From NCBI GenBank assembly GCA_951406725.2, contig OX597831.1:55552001-55616000 (forward strand): DNA of 64,000 bases. Reading direction: 5' to 3'. The translations under genes and the position numbers were made by a program. Position 1 is the stretch's first letter. Every line of letters starts with the position of its first letter. Origin of the DNA: Octopus vulgaris. Lineage: Eukaryota. The notes beneath the pieces were generated by a model, which ran no database searches, was not told the DNA's origin, and worked only from the letters and a program-made list of their open reading frames with translations. This document shows, piece by piece, positions 1 to 13,319 of the stretch.

Positions 1-459
1 ACAATGCTTATAATTATAATAATAACAGTTTCGAATTTTGATACAGGGCCAACAGTTTTAAGGGGAAGAAGTCAATTATATCAACTCTGGTACTTATTTT
101 ATGGACCCTGAAAGGATATAAGGAAAAGTCAGTGGTGGTGGAATTTGAACTTAGAATGTAATGACAAAATGCTTGTGGACATTTCGCCCCACATGGTCAC
201 AATTCTGCCTTAATAATTAGAACACTAACATAATAACAATGACGATAATAATGATGGTTTCAAATTTTGGCTCAAGGCCAGCAATTTCAGGAGAGGGGCT
301 AAGGAAATTACTTGGACCCCAGTGATCAACTGGTACTTATTTTACCAACCCTATCAGGATGAAAAGCAAGGTTGACATCAGCGGAATTTGAACCCAGAAT
401 GTAAAGATGAAATGCTGCAAGACATTTTGCCAGCTTGCTGCCTAAATGACAATACGAAT

Positions 460-1902
460 CATCATCATCATTTAACATCCATTGCCTATGCTGGCATGGA
501 TTGGACAGTTTGACTGGGCTGGCACGCTGGAAGGCTGTGCCAGGATCCAATGTGATTTGGCATAGTTTTCTACAGCTGGATGCCCTTCCTAACGCCAACC
601 ACTCTAAGCGTGTAATGGGTACTTTTACATGCTACTGGCATAGGTGCCATTTGCATGACACTGGTATCTGCCATGACTGCGATTTTACTTGGTTTGATGG
701 GTCTTCTTCTCAAGCATGACATAATGCCATAGGCCTTGGTCATTGCCTCCACGAGGCCCATACTCAAAAGGAGCTTGGCCACTTTGTCTCCATGAGGCCA
801 AACACTTGGAAGAAACTCAGCCACTTCACCTCTGTGAGGCCTGCTCAAAAGCAACTCAGCCATTTTGCCTCTGTCAGGCCCAATGCTCAAAAGGTACTCA
901 GCCACTTTGCCTCTGTCAGGCCCAATATTCAAAGGTTGATCTTTTTACATACCACCAGCATGGGTGCACTTAGCTCAATGAGTCCTCTTAAGCTGAGGAT
1001 ATTGCCAAAGGTCTTGGTCATTAGTCATTGCCTCTGTGAGGTTCAAAGTTCGAAGGTCATGCTTCACCACCTCATCCCATGTCTTCCTGGGTCTATCTCT
1101 ACTATAGGTTCCCTCCACAGTTAGAGATCAACACTTCTTTACACAACTGTCCTCGTCCATATGCATCACATGATCATACCAGCACAGTCGTCTCTCTGGC
1201 ACATCACATCTGATTCCTCTTATGCCTAACTTTTCTCTCAAGATGCTTATACTGTCGAACATGCACATCCAGCGAAGCATACTTGCTTCATTTCTCTCAA
1301 TCCTACACATGTCCTTGGCTGTTATAACCCATGTTTCACTGCCATGCAGCATAGCTATTTGCACACAGGCATCAAACAATCTGCTTTTCACTCTGATAGA
1401 GAGGCCCTTTGTTGCCATCAAGGGTAGGAGCTCTCTGAACTTAGCCCAGCCTAATCTTATTCCCTCGGAACAACCATCTCCACTACTAACCTGGCCACCT
1501 AGATACCAGAAGCTATCTAATACCTCTAGCTTGACCCCCCCCCCCCCCCCAGCAGTCGATGGAGTCTATTTTCCACACATGTTCAGTATTTATTATGCCT
1601 GTGCACCTTCCAAATATAGAAGTTACTTTCTCTGTTAACCTTCCTTTGATGTTACTGCATCTTTTGTGTGTCCAAATCTTACACTGGGTGCATCTTATGG
1701 AGTTTCTACCTACACCTTTTCTATAGATTGAGCAGAGCCATCTACCTGAGCAGATTTGTGATCTGTCTGCCTTCCTACTTACTATGACTTTGGTTTTTGC
1801 TAGGTTAACTCTAAGGTCCTTTGATTCTAGACCTTGTTTCCATACCTAGAACTTCTCTAGCTCAGGTAGTGATTCAGCTATAAGAGCAAAGTCATCAGCA
1901 TA
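460..1902 (-). mobile_element. Degraded 3' part of an RTE LINE, with ~39-bp tandem repeats (770-935) in the 3' UTR
   Basis: MLHGSETW...NEASMLRWM peptide matches the 25-kb copy; same tail and (GAT)n. Confidence 0.85.
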
Positions 1903-2967
1903 ACACAAATAAAATGGTAAAGACACTAATAATATTAATAATAATAATGGTTTCAAATTTTGCCATGGGGGCAGCAATTCTGGGAGAGGGGATGAGTCGA
2001 TTACATCAACCCCAGTGTTCAACTGGTACTTATTTTATCAACCCTGAAAGGCCTTTGCAGAATTTGAACTCAGAACATAGTGACAGGCAAAATAACGATA
2101 AACATTTCATCCAGTGCGCTAACAATTCTGCCAGCTCACCATTAATAATAAAGAATGAGGAGGAGGAGGAAGAGAAAAAAGAGGGCATTAGAAGAAGGAG
2201 GGGGAATAACAAAGGGGAGGCATAAGAAGAATTAGGTGGAAGGAATAAAAATAAATAAACTAATTAAGAATAATAAAAAATTAGATATATAGAAGGGTTG
2301 AAAATTAAAGATAAAAAAAATGGAGTTAAGGAGAAACATGGATGTCATCCCATTCAGACTTGCAGTTGAGGGTGGATTTGTATTACAGACAGACTCAGTG
2401 GTTTGTCTCAACATTTTATTAGAAGTATCTGTATACAAGATATCTAATACAAGTCACCTAAGGAGCCATTGCAATCAAATGTATGCTGTTAGAAAACAGA
2501 GTTAGGCCTTGTTCCAATGTTCCTTGAATCTTTTGCAAATACTCCTAGAGATTTTGCCTATGTAGGCTTTGGGAAGATTTGCACAATATGTAATATATTC
2601 TGTGGATAAAATGCCCAATGATGAATTTACCAACAATATATCATCTTGTAATGTACATTATCTTGTGAGAAATTCATCAATGTATTTATCATGACTAATT
2701 ACCTGCAATGAATTTAATGGCTGCTCTTGGAAAACAGTGTTGAAAATTTGGAGGAAGAAATTTCTAATAAAAACTATTCAAAATTCTTGATTTTCCTTTC
2801 AGATCCTAGATCTCCTAATCTAATGGCAGTTACAATGACTGGAAAAATAGAAAATCATAACAACTTTGCATTTTCCACATTCACTAACAGCTATCTTGCC
2901 AAACCACATCCCACTTTTAAAATATTCTTCACACAACCTACAAATGACAGAATTGATGTGAAATTCG

Positions 2968-3482
2968 ATGACTGGCACCCGTGCTAGCGGGGTGCAAAGA
3001 GCACCGTATGAGTGCGATTGTTGACAGAGCGGCTAACCGGCTTTCATGCCAGTGGCACATAAAAGGCACCATTCGACTGTGATCGTTACCAGCGTCGCTT
3101 TACTGGCACTTGTGCCCCGTGCTAAGAGCACCATCCAAGCGTGATCATTGCCAGAGTAACTAACTGGCTTCCGTGCAGGTGGCATGTAAGAGGCACCATT
3201 CGAACGTGATTGTTACCAGCATCGCCTTACTGGCACCTGTGCCAGTGGCATGTGTAAAAAGATTCGAGCGAGGTCATTGCCAGTACTGCCTGACTGGCCC
3301 CTGTGCCAGTGACACATAAAAGCACCACTACACTCTCGGAGTGGTTGGCATTGGGAAAGGCATCCAGCTGTAGAAAATCTGCCAAATCAGATTGGAGCCC
3401 AGTGCAGTCATCTGGTTCTCCAGACCTCAGTCACACCATCCAACCCATGCTAGCATGGAAAGTGGACGTTAAACAATGATGA
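2968..3482 (+). repeat. RTE 3'-end repeat with ~60-nt tandem units; other copies at 5725-6000(-), 7640-7923, 14990-15264, 16553-16875, 17167-17419, 20168-20305(-), 24470-24793, 63430-63820(-)
   Basis: Shared GGCATCCAGCTGTAGAAA...CCATGCTAGCATGG...GTTAAA(C/T)(GAT)n tail identical to the RTE 3' end. Confidence 0.85.
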
Positions 3483-3717
3483 AAAGCCTATGGTTTTTAC
3501 ACCTCAAATTATCAGCTTAAAGTGAAATACACTGTTCTATAAACCGTTTCTGTGAGAAGATCTAAAAGGACATAAATAAAGTTCAAATAAAATTTTATCA
3601 TAAGAGCCTTTCTTAGGGTTATAATATTATGCCAATAGTGAAAGTGAATCTAAATACAATTTAATAGAAATGCAAAACAATATTGTATGCAATTAGCATG
3701 TTTATTATTTTATTTAT

Positions 3718-3835
3718 TTAATCTTCTTTCTCAAAATGATTTTTTGAAGCAAAATCTTGCATGAAACAAATGAGTTTCTCAACATCTTCAATAGTAACTG
3801 CATTATAAAGTGAAGCACGGAAACCACCAATTGAC
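3718..3835 (-). CDS. PSAT1: PSAT1 exon 10, terminal ([18 protein letters not shown]...FEKED*)
   Basis: GGxRASxYNA motif; CAG acceptor; TAA stop; total CDS 1122 nt = 373 aa. Confidence 0.95.
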
Positions 3836-4356
3836 CTGCACAAAATAGAAAAAAAAAAAACATGATTTTTTTTCAAGTGAAGATGATTACAATTGAGCAT
3901 GAAAGTGGAACTTGCAGAAAAAAACCCATTTTTTATCCCCCTACAATGTTTTTGAATCTAAGAGATGAATGTGTTTAGGGCCCAAGTTAGTAAAAATAAA
4001 TCATTTGAATTAAATCCCATTTCAATAACACCTTGCATGTGCATTTCTTCAGTTGAAATTAAAAATCTGAAAACAGAAGAATTTTGAGAGAAAGTTATTT
4101 AATTTCTCATCTAGATTTCTTTCTACAAAATATTGCTACAGAATCCTGACATATATTTTATTATTACTCTAAAACATATATAGCTGTAGTTATTACTGTG
4201 TAGCCCTAGATTTGAATATATTAACAAAATTCTATGTTCATTTGATCTATATTTCTCTCTCATCTTTTCATCCTTACTATGGGTGAACTTTTAATTAATT
4301 AAAATTTCATGTATAAGCATATATTCAAACATACATGCACACACACACACTCTTAC

Positions 4357-4494
4357 CTATGGCCAGATAAACCAACTAGGTTTCTTTCCGCCGCTTCTTT
4401 GAGGAATTTCTTCTCCATTTCACTCCTCCTATTGTCAGAGCCAAATTTGAAGATGATGTTTGTGCGACTGCGAACACTTTTGTCAACAGGACAT
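4357..4494 (-). CDS. PSAT1: PSAT1 exon 9 (CPVDKSVRSRTNIIFK...LVGLSGHR)
   Basis: RSxxN and GHR motifs; AAG/GTAAGA; 138 nt. Confidence 0.95.
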
Positions 4495-5355
4495 CTTTAA
4501 AGTAATAAATGACAAAATTAATTTTAAATTTTTACAGATGGTAAATTTTTCTGATATTTTTCATTACATTTTATATAGGTATGAAGAGAATGCTTTAAAC
4601 TGGAATGAGGAAATAGAATGTTGTAATTGTCGTACATCTTTTTTTTTTTTTTTACCTTAGAGTCATTAGATGTTTCTGTGTTGTGAGTGTGAAAGCATTT
4701 CTAAGGAATATTGGTTTTATAGTATCTCTTAGAAATTTCCGTTCTTCTTATTTTATATAATGCTAAGGTGGCCAACTGGCAACACTGTTAGCATGTCAGA
4801 CAAAATGTATAGAGACATTTTTTCTGGTTCTTTACATTCTGAGTTCCGATTTCACCAAGGTCAACTTTGTCTTTCGTCCTTTCAGGATCAATAAAAATAA
4901 GTACCAGGCAAGTACTGGTGTCAATGTATTCAACTTACCCATTCCTCTCAAAATTACTGGCCTTATGCCAAAATCAGAAAGATAATGTGTGATCTATTTT
5001 TCTGAGTAATGTAAAATAAAAAATGAAGAATTACTTAGAGAATGGTAAACTGTGCACATGAGCATTTGTGTATATTTGCATGAATTTGTGCATGTGTATT
5101 TAATCATGTGCGTGCATATGTAAGTATAATTTTATTGTTTATTTATACGTGTATGTGGACAAGACAATGAGAGAGACTCGAATGTGTGTAGGTGTGTGTT
5201 TTAATACCTGAAATTAATTTTGCCTATAAAAATAAGGAAAGACCAAATGGGAGATTGTTGGACAAAGTGAAATGAGAGAGAGAGAGATAAGTATATGTGT
5301 GAATAGAGACAGATAGACAGGTAGGCAAACATAGAAATTCTTATGGATAACTTAC

Positions 5356-5484
5356 ACATAAAATCCATTTGATTCATCAATTACTTTGTATAGAGCTTCA
5401 GATTTAATTTTACATCTCTGATACGTAACTGCCAAGCCACCTTCTTCCTTCAGGTTTTTCAATACTGCTCCCAAAACATAGATA
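5356..5484 (-). CDS. PSAT1: PSAT1 exon 8 (IYVLGAVLKNLKEEGG...IDESNGFYV)
   Basis: CAG/GTAAGT; 129 nt; phase-consistent; PSAT-like IYV...GG...GFY. Confidence 0.95.
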
Positions 5485-8393
5485 CTGTATAATTCGCATA
5501 AGAAAAAAAAAAACAAGACATTGAAACATTTCACTCTAAACAGTGACTCTTTGCAATAGGCAAACATTTCAATAAAAAGGGTATGTCATAGGTTGCAGAG
5601 CAGTTTTTAAAAAAATCAAATTTTTGTTTTTTTCTAATTGTGTTTCTACAGAAACATATTGACATTTTAAAAAGCTTCTAAGCAATGTACGGTCTCACCT
5701 GTTGCTGCTGCAGCATTGACATTCTCGTCATCATCATCAACAACAACGTCCACCTTCCATGCGGGCATGGGTTGGACAGTTTGACAGGAGCCAGCCAGGT
5801 AGAAGATTACACCAGGCTTCTGTGTCTGTTTTGGCATGGTTTTTGTGGCTGGATGCCCTTCTTAACACTAACCACACTGCAGAGTGGACTGAGTGCTTTT
5901 TACATGGCACCAGCACAGACAAGGTCAGTTTTGGAATTTCTTTTTTTACAGCTGGATGCCCAGTGTGGACTGGGTGCTTTTTATGTGGCACCAGTACCAG
6001 CAGGGTCACCAAAATAACATGCGACACAAGGAATTTTTGAGAAGGGAGGGGTCTTTGGAGGAGATGATCTTGTATAAGATGATGAAAGGTTAGAGAGTAA
6101 CAGACAGAGAGGCAGAAACAGGTGTCTTGCTATAGAGGAGGTATATGGTTACCCAGCTAGAGAGTGAGTGGTGGGAAGGAAGAGAGTGAGAGTTAACAAG
6201 AAAAGTACAGAAACAGGTGTGCTGTTATAAAAGAGATATTTGGTTACCTAGCCAGAATGAAGAGCAAGGAAAGGAGAGAGAGAGAAAGAGAGAGTGATCA
6301 AGAATGAGGGCAGAGAAACAGGTGTGCTGCTATAGAGGAGATACAAGGTTACCCAGCAAATGAAGTACAGAGAGATAATTCAAATTCTAAGTAGTTTTGT
6401 GTCTATCTTCCAGATTATTATGGTATTCTTAATCAACCTGAAAATATCATTGGAGCGAGTAATTTTATAGTCAGCTTACTATTGATAATCACTCAATTGT
6501 GATATAAGAATGGAACTTAAGTTGTTTTGCCCTGAAGGAGCAAAGCTATGATCAAAACCCTTCCAGCTGTGACCAAACCTGTTTTTTCTCCAGGTAGTGT
6601 GTATCCAGCATGACAGTATTCAATGTGTCTTTACTCTTTTAAGACAGTAGGTATGAGTTAAGAGAAATTTGGTTGCTATTTCTAGCAAGTTGAATTACCA
6701 AGTAGAGGTGCCCTTGTTGATTTAAGGGTAGAACTTATTTTTCAGTCAAGTAAACAAAGACAGATTAATGCACCTTGTGCTACAGGTATATCGTAGTTGA
6801 GAAGGCACTAAGCTTACAATCTCAAATAGATAATAGGTCAGTATGTTAACCACAGACAGTACATTCTTAATGTTTTTTAGTTGATGCCCATTCTCCTAAA
6901 GCTAAGCAACTCACTTCTCTTTCATCTGTCATCCTGTAAACAACACAAAATGCACAGTAACAGTGTTAGAGTTAAAATATACATTATACAGAGTCCACCG
7001 TAAAAATGTATACAACACTTGAGGAAAGGAAAATTCTTGTATAAATATTTAACTTGTATAAGTGCCTCTATAAATATAGATACCCCTTTCAATGTTTTAT
7101 CAGATTGTGATGACACTGAATTAAAATTTCTGTACAGATTTTTCCTTTCCTGAAGTGTGTATACATATTTTTGGCAGGCTCTGTATATTGCATAAGGTCA
7201 TAAGAATATATAAACTGGAGTTGTTGCTTAGCTCTAGGTGAATCCCAACCAAGCAGACATATGGCCAAAAGTGTTTCAGCTCTCATCATCCCATCATTGT
7301 GTACATCAGGAACTAGATTGTTTAATGTGACATTTCTGAAGACAAAAGGGTGAGAGATTTGGTTGCTATTCTCCACAGGTTGAGTGACCACATAGAGGTG
7401 TCTTTACTGGTTGTTCACACATTCATTTTTATTGTTTAGCTTGAAGTTAGCTTTGATCAAGCAAACTGATGATAAAAGGCATTCCAGCTGTGACCATCTT
7501 GTTTTTTTCACAGTGTGCAGGGAACCTAGGATCACATAATCCAATGTACTCTTTTCCCAGACAGTGAGTGTGATTTGAAGAAGATTTGGCTGATATTTCT
7601 GGCAGGTCAAACGACCACACAAAGGCTCCCTCAATAACTTGTTTGATGCCAGTACCGCCTTGACTGACTTCCATGCCGGAGGCACATAAAAAGCACCGAC
7701 TGATCATGGCTGTTGCCAGCCTCCACTGGCCCCTGTGCAGGTGGCACGTAAAAAGCACCCACTACACTCACAGAGTGGTTGGTGTTAGGAAGGGCATCAA
7801 GCTGTAGAAACACTGCCAGATCAGACTGGAGCTTGGTGCAGCCTCCTGGCTTCCCAGACCCCAGTCAAACTGTCCGACCCATGCTAGCATGGAAAACGGA
7901 CGTTAAACGATGATGATGATGATACTGGTTTATTCTACAATAACTGCAAACTAATGATGTCGTTAATATTTAAATTTAAACATGAACAATCTAATACAAA
8001 CGATATTCGTTTATACTCTAGGCACAAGGCCCTCTAATACAAATGATAATACAAAGAGTTAAGTTTATCATAGAAAATCAACATTAACACTTTCTTTAAC
8101 CTTTCAGCATTCAAAGCAGCCATATCTGGCCTAAAATATTTTACCAGTTGTATGTTCAAACCACCCAGATCCAACCTCTTAAACATACCCTACAATGCTG
8201 TTCTAAAAATAAGCAAAAATATCATGAAAATCGCAAAGCTAAGAGATAATGCATGGTTAATTCAAAACAATGTGAATAAATATAAATTACATTTGAGAGA
8301 ATAATCTGAAAGCTAAAGGGTTAACTCATTGAAATTATATGGTAAAACAAATTATTTGATAAAACAACCAATAACAAAGTAAATAAGAAATAC

Positions 8394-8563
8394 CTAAAAA
8401 CCGGAGGAGTATTCAAGCAGGAGTTGTTGTTAACCATTGCCTTGTACTCAATGACAGCTGGACATAATGGTGAAGCTACATTGGTTAGGTCATCACGTAC
8501 AATGACCAGTGTGACACCAGCACAACCGAGGTTTTTCTGGGCTCCAGCATATATTACACCAAA
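8394..8563 (-). CDS. PSAT1: PSAT1 exon 7 (FGVIYAGAQKNLGCAGVT...NTPPVF), with PLP Schiff-base lysine
   Basis: AGAQKN catalytic-lysine motif and NTPP motif; CAG/GTATTT; 170 nt. Confidence 0.96.
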
Positions 8564-9381
8564 CTGAAAGGAAGAGTAAGAAAAGTGTTCATGTATATAT
8601 TCTTTCATTCTTTTACTCGTTTCAGTCATTTGATTGTGGCCATGCTAGAGCACCACATTAAAGAGCTTTTTAGTCGAAGAAATAAACCCCAGGACTTATC
8701 CTTTGTAAACCTAGTACCTAGTGGTCTCTTTTATGCGGACGTAAACACACCAACATTGGTTGTCAAGCAGTGATGGGGAGACAAACACGTACACAAAGAC
8801 AGATATATACATACATATAAAATACAAAATACAGTTATATCTTGAGATAGCTAGTAATAACGATACTCAAAATATAATACAGACTGGAGTTGTAGTGCTC
8901 CAAATGAGCTATATTGCACTTCTTAATTTGAGCAGAGGCAACGCGAGCAGGAACTAAAGGAACATTACTAAGATCCACACACAAAGATCAAATACATACA
9001 AATATTCATTTATATCTACAGAATGGATATAAAATCTGAGATATATAAATATAATAATATATATAAACAGATAAAAATCAAATATATATAAATATATAAG
9101 AATCAGTGTTACATACAAAACAGTGAATTTATGCTTAAAGTTATAAAACATTGGTAAATTAAAAATTTGGGATAATAAAACATAAAAAGGACACATTAAA
9201 ATGACATATTAAAATTCTAGAAAAAATACAGAAAAACTACAAAAATGACAAAATTTTTCATCTACAGGCCATTTTGGAGACATGCCAATTAAAATGATAC
9301 ATTTCATATTTTTGAAACTGACACTCCCCTCATCAGGATGTTTTTACACACAATACACATACATGGAAACAAATGTACAAT

Positions 9382-9430
<49 letters not shown>

Positions 9431-9747
9431 GTCTTAATATTTTCGCAGATGGCTGGTATGTAATATATATATAAAACTGAGAATGTGTGTGTGTGTGTCT
9501 CTGTCTGTCTGACCGTCTGTGTGTGTGCATCACTAAAACTCAAGAACTATAGATTTCATTCAAATTTTACACATGCCTTACTTAGGGTCCATGCAGTGTC
9601 ATGGGCCAAAAACATTTTCAACTTCTTGCCTAATGCGAGTCTGGAGCAATCTCTTATCTTTTACACTGTGTCTATATTACATGTCAAAAATGAAACAATA
9701 ACATTGCTATCAATACTTTCACTATCATATGGTTTCAATTTCAATTA

Positions 9748-11648
9748 CCGTATTTGACGGCATATTAGACGCACCCTCATTTCAGCAGGTCAAATTCAGG
9801 AAAAAAAGTTTTAAGTGTATTTAAGCATATATTGTTGAAAGCAGTCTAGCAGCACATTACAAAAGCAGAAAACATTGCTGTATAAAAGCAAGCATACAAA
9901 TTACAATAGTAATCATCTTTTTAACCAGAAAACTCTTCATCATCTTCAAAACAAGGAACATCTTCATCACTACTGCTGAAATCACTGTCTTCAAATAATG
10001 CATCATCTTCTGTGCCATCAAGGGCATTGCTAATGCCACACTTCTTAAAAGCCTTCACAATGATTTCAGGCCTAACATCACCCCAAGATTTCTTCACCCA
10101 CTCACACACTTCAGCAATGGTGGGCCGCTTCATTCTTCCTGTGGGTGTGAGGGCATGATGTGGCTCTGCCATCCACTTGTTCCTATGTTCACGCATGTTC
10201 TGCTTAAATGGCTTATTCACAGACACATCTAAAGGCTGCAATTGGCTCGTCAGTCCACCAGGAATGACAGCTAACTGCATTTTCAATTCTCCCACCCTTT
10301 TTTTAATGGTTTCAGTTCTATGTGCTCTAAACTGATCCCAAACCAGAAGAGAAGGTTTTCTTAATAGTCCACCAGGACGCCTTGACCATATATTTTGTAA
10401 CCACAGTTTCATTCCATTTTCGTCCATCCAGCCTTTTTCGTGAACATGAACTAGTACACCTCTTGGAATTTTATCCTTAGGCTGAGTTTTTCTCTTAAAT
10501 ATCAAAAGAGGTGGCAGTTTTATGCCATCAGCACAACAGGCCAGAGCTACTGTATAGTGGGTCTTTTCGTGGCCAGTGGTTTTTATCGAAACCGTTTTAG
10601 ACCCTTTGACACTCACAGTCCTGTTGGATGGTACATCAAATGTGAGTGGAACTTCGTCCATATTCCCTATTTGGCCCAGTTCAAAACAAGTTTTTTTTCT
10701 TGCATTTATAACAAATCTATGAAAATCTAATATTTTTTCTTCATAATCAGCAGGCATTTTGGATGTTTTTGTACGCATTGATAAACCCTTCCGTTTCATA
10801 AGCCTGTAACACCAATCTTCTGTTCCTGCAAAGTTCTGTATCCCTCGTTGTTCTGCTACTCTCATGGCCTCATGAATTATCATTTTGGTAGATACACTTC
10901 TCCCTGAGTTTCTCTCATCAAGCACCCACGTTTTTATATCATCCTCAAGTTCTGGCCAATGTGGGGCTGGGCAACGATGGTTATGTTTACCTTTCTGTGC
11001 TCTCATCAGCTGCTCTTCTTGCTGTCGCCAGACACGTATCATTTTTTCTGTAGGTGGTGGCCCAAAAACCCTTGCTGCTGCTCTATTTCCATACTCCTTA
11101 GCATAATCTACCACTCGTAGTTTGTAGATTTTGTAGCTTGATCTTTTTGCTGCCATAGCCGTGAGGGTGCTTGTATTGTTGTAGTGTGTTTTGTTATGAT
11201 CATAAACTTTGTTGTACCAAGATATCCAACCTACCTCCGTATATACACGAACTCGCAACGATCATGTGCATTCCGTAGTTTTACTCCTCACCGTCAGATG
11301 GCATCGAGTTAGGGTTCCGATCAGCTGATATTAGTAAACGTGTGTCATGGGTCGCAGCCTAACAATTTACGGTAGATTGCTTTGATTTTTACGATAATTC
11401 GTATTTTAAAGTAATAATACTGGTAATAATAATAATAATAATACTAGCAATAAAATAATGATGCATGAGTACGAAAAATATCATTAAGGCATTAGCGTAG
11501 GTAGAAATACTTATCGTAAGCTAGGTTAGTGAGCGTCTGGGAGAAGATTAGCCTATGGGAGGGTCTTGACTTCGCTTATTAGATGCAGGGCGATTTTTTG
11601 AGCCAAATTTTTTGGAAAAAAGTGCATCCTATATGCCATCAAATACGG
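9748..11648 (-). mobile_element. pogo-superfamily DNA transposon (POGK/Passer-like, DD35D), full length
   Basis: TIRs CCGTATTTGAcGGCATATtaGAcGCAC at both ends; TA TSD at 9746-9747 and 11649-11650; transposase ORF inside. Confidence 0.92.
9921..11156 (-). CDS. pogo transposase, 411 aa from MAAKRSSY: Brinker-type DBD, CENP-B HTH, DDE_1
   Basis: NMDEVP, LLVWDQFRAH and QPLDVSVNKPFK motifs; 35 residues between the 2nd and 3rd Asp; acidic C-terminus; no stops. Confidence 0.9.
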   Translation of the reverse strand: MAAKRSSYKIYKLRVVDYAKEYGNRAAARVFGPPPTEKMIRVWRQQEEQLMRAQKGKHNHRCPAPHWPELEDDIKTWVLDERNSGRSVSTKMIIHEAMRVAEQRGIQNFAGTEDWCYRLMKRKGLSMRTKTSKMPADYEEKILDFHRFVINARKKTCFELGQIGNMDEVPLTFDVPSNRTVSVKGSKTVSIKTTGHEKTHYTVALACCADGIKLPPLLIFKRKTQPKDKIPRGVLVHVHEKGWMDENGMKLWLQNIWSRRPGGLLRKPSLLVWDQFRAHRTETIKKRVGELKMQLAVIPGGLTSQLQPLDVSVNKPFKQNMREHRNKWMAEPHHALTPTGRMKRPTIAEVCEWVKKSWGDVRPEIIVKAFKKCGISNALDGTEDDALFEDSDFSSSDEDVPCFEDDEEFSG

Positions 11649-11733
11649 TACTTTCATTATGCATCTATATATATTAGTTTCATTTCTATGATTTTCAATA
11701 TGTATTTATATACGTGTTTGTATATGTATGTAC

Positions 11734-11768
<35 letters not shown>

Positions 11769-12761
11769 GTCGTGTTAACAAAGAGATGTGGGTTTGAGTC
11801 CCATGCATATAGGAAAGCCTTCTTTTTTTCTGTCGAGGGCATATATGCCCCGTTATTAGGCTATTTTCCTTAGCCATTGCACGGTGATCGCCATAAGCTC
11901 TAAGCTTATATAAAATATCATTATTATTATTTACAGCTCCGTATAACAATACCAATCACATCGAAAGCATATGTATATATACATATATAGGTGTAGAAAG
12001 AAGACTGTTGTATATTTGTGTGTGTGTGTTTGTCTGTGTCTGTACCCCAATCATTGCTTGATAACCAATGTTGCTGTGTTTACGTTCCCATGACTTAGCA
12101 CTTCGGCAAAGAATAAATCCTGTGGTCGATTTTTTTGACCAAATTGGTGCTCCAGCATGGCCGCAGTCACATGACTGAAACAAGTAAAACAATAAAAAAA
12201 AACTATGCCCTTTTAATTCCAAGCATACTCTTCTAGTATATATCGATATATGATGGGCTTCTTTCAGTTTCCATCTACCAAATCCATTCACAAGGCTTTG
12301 GCTGACCTGAGTCTGTAGTAGGAGACATTTGCCCAAGGTGCCATGCAGTGGGACTGAACTTGGGACCATGTGCATGGGAAGCAAGCTTCTTACCACACAG
12401 CTACGCCTGTGCTTGTATATATTTATTAAATAGTGCTTGCATCAGGTGAAGTACAATAGGAAGTATTGAATACTCAGAGATCTGAATGAAAGTTTTCCTT
12501 TGCCTGTGTCATTTAATAAATTTAGCCCTTTATTTCCAGTGATATTAGGGTCTACTTCATTTGTTGTTACACAGTGGCTTGTCAATGTATATAATATTGC
12601 TCGAAATGAGGAGTAGATGGACAGCTGACAACTGATGAAGGATCACTTTTTTATGTTACTTGTCCTATTTTCCATTTGTTTCTCTCGTTGTTCACATACC
12701 CAAGTTTGCCTCGTATTTCATGTTGTTTTTATGTTTTGTGACATCCTGTACCCATATATGC

Positions 12762-12792
<31 letters not shown>

Positions 12793-13114
12793 CATATAGA
12801 AACCACGACATATTAACAGATAATAGCAGGTGTTTTAGGATGTTTACTCTGGCTAAGAGGAACCAGGTATTATGTCAGCAATAAAGTACTTGCTTCCTAG
12901 CTACATGGTTTCGGGTTCAGTCCCACTGTGTGGCACTTTGGGTAGGTGTCTTCCACTATAGCCCCGAGCCGACCGGAGCTTTGTGATTGAATTCGGTAGG
13001 TGGAAGTTACTGCCGTGTGTGTATGTGTGCGTATAGCTGCTCAGTGCCTCTCCGAAAGAGAGAGAGGGAACTAAGAAGTAAAGACAAATGAATTATAAAA
13101 GCATTGAGATTTAC

Positions 13115-13209
13115 CTTGGAAATGTCCACAGGTCTTGACATAATATTTGAGGACATATCACACACTATTGGGACACCATTGGTATCTGGAACTTCTTTAA
13201 ATTCAACCC
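13115..13209 (-). CDS. PSAT1: PSAT1 exon 6 ([32 protein letters not shown])
   Basis: DMSS PLP-binding motif; TAG/GTAAAT; 95 nt. Confidence 0.95.
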
Positions 13210-13319
13210 CTATGACAAAAAAGAAAATTTTTCAAAATTTATAAGTTTCACCATCAGCAACAGCACCACGATCATGACCACCACCACCAATATCATTATG
13301 TTGTTGTCTTCTTCTACTT

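Larger units (their letters stand above)
9465..11665 (+). mobile_element. Second copy of the Helitron-like repeat (9465-9747, resuming at 11651), split by the pogo element
   Basis: High similarity to 50840-51120 (reverse complement) on both sides of the pogo insertion. Confidence 0.65.

Noticed and set aside
770-935. ~39-bp tandem repeats, superficially CRISPR-like
   Set aside because: No unique spacers, eukaryotic context, inside an RTE 3' UTR.
12620-12700. CTGATGA motif near a TA tract
   Set aside because: No downstream GAAA, helix III or helix I partner, so not a supportable hammerhead.
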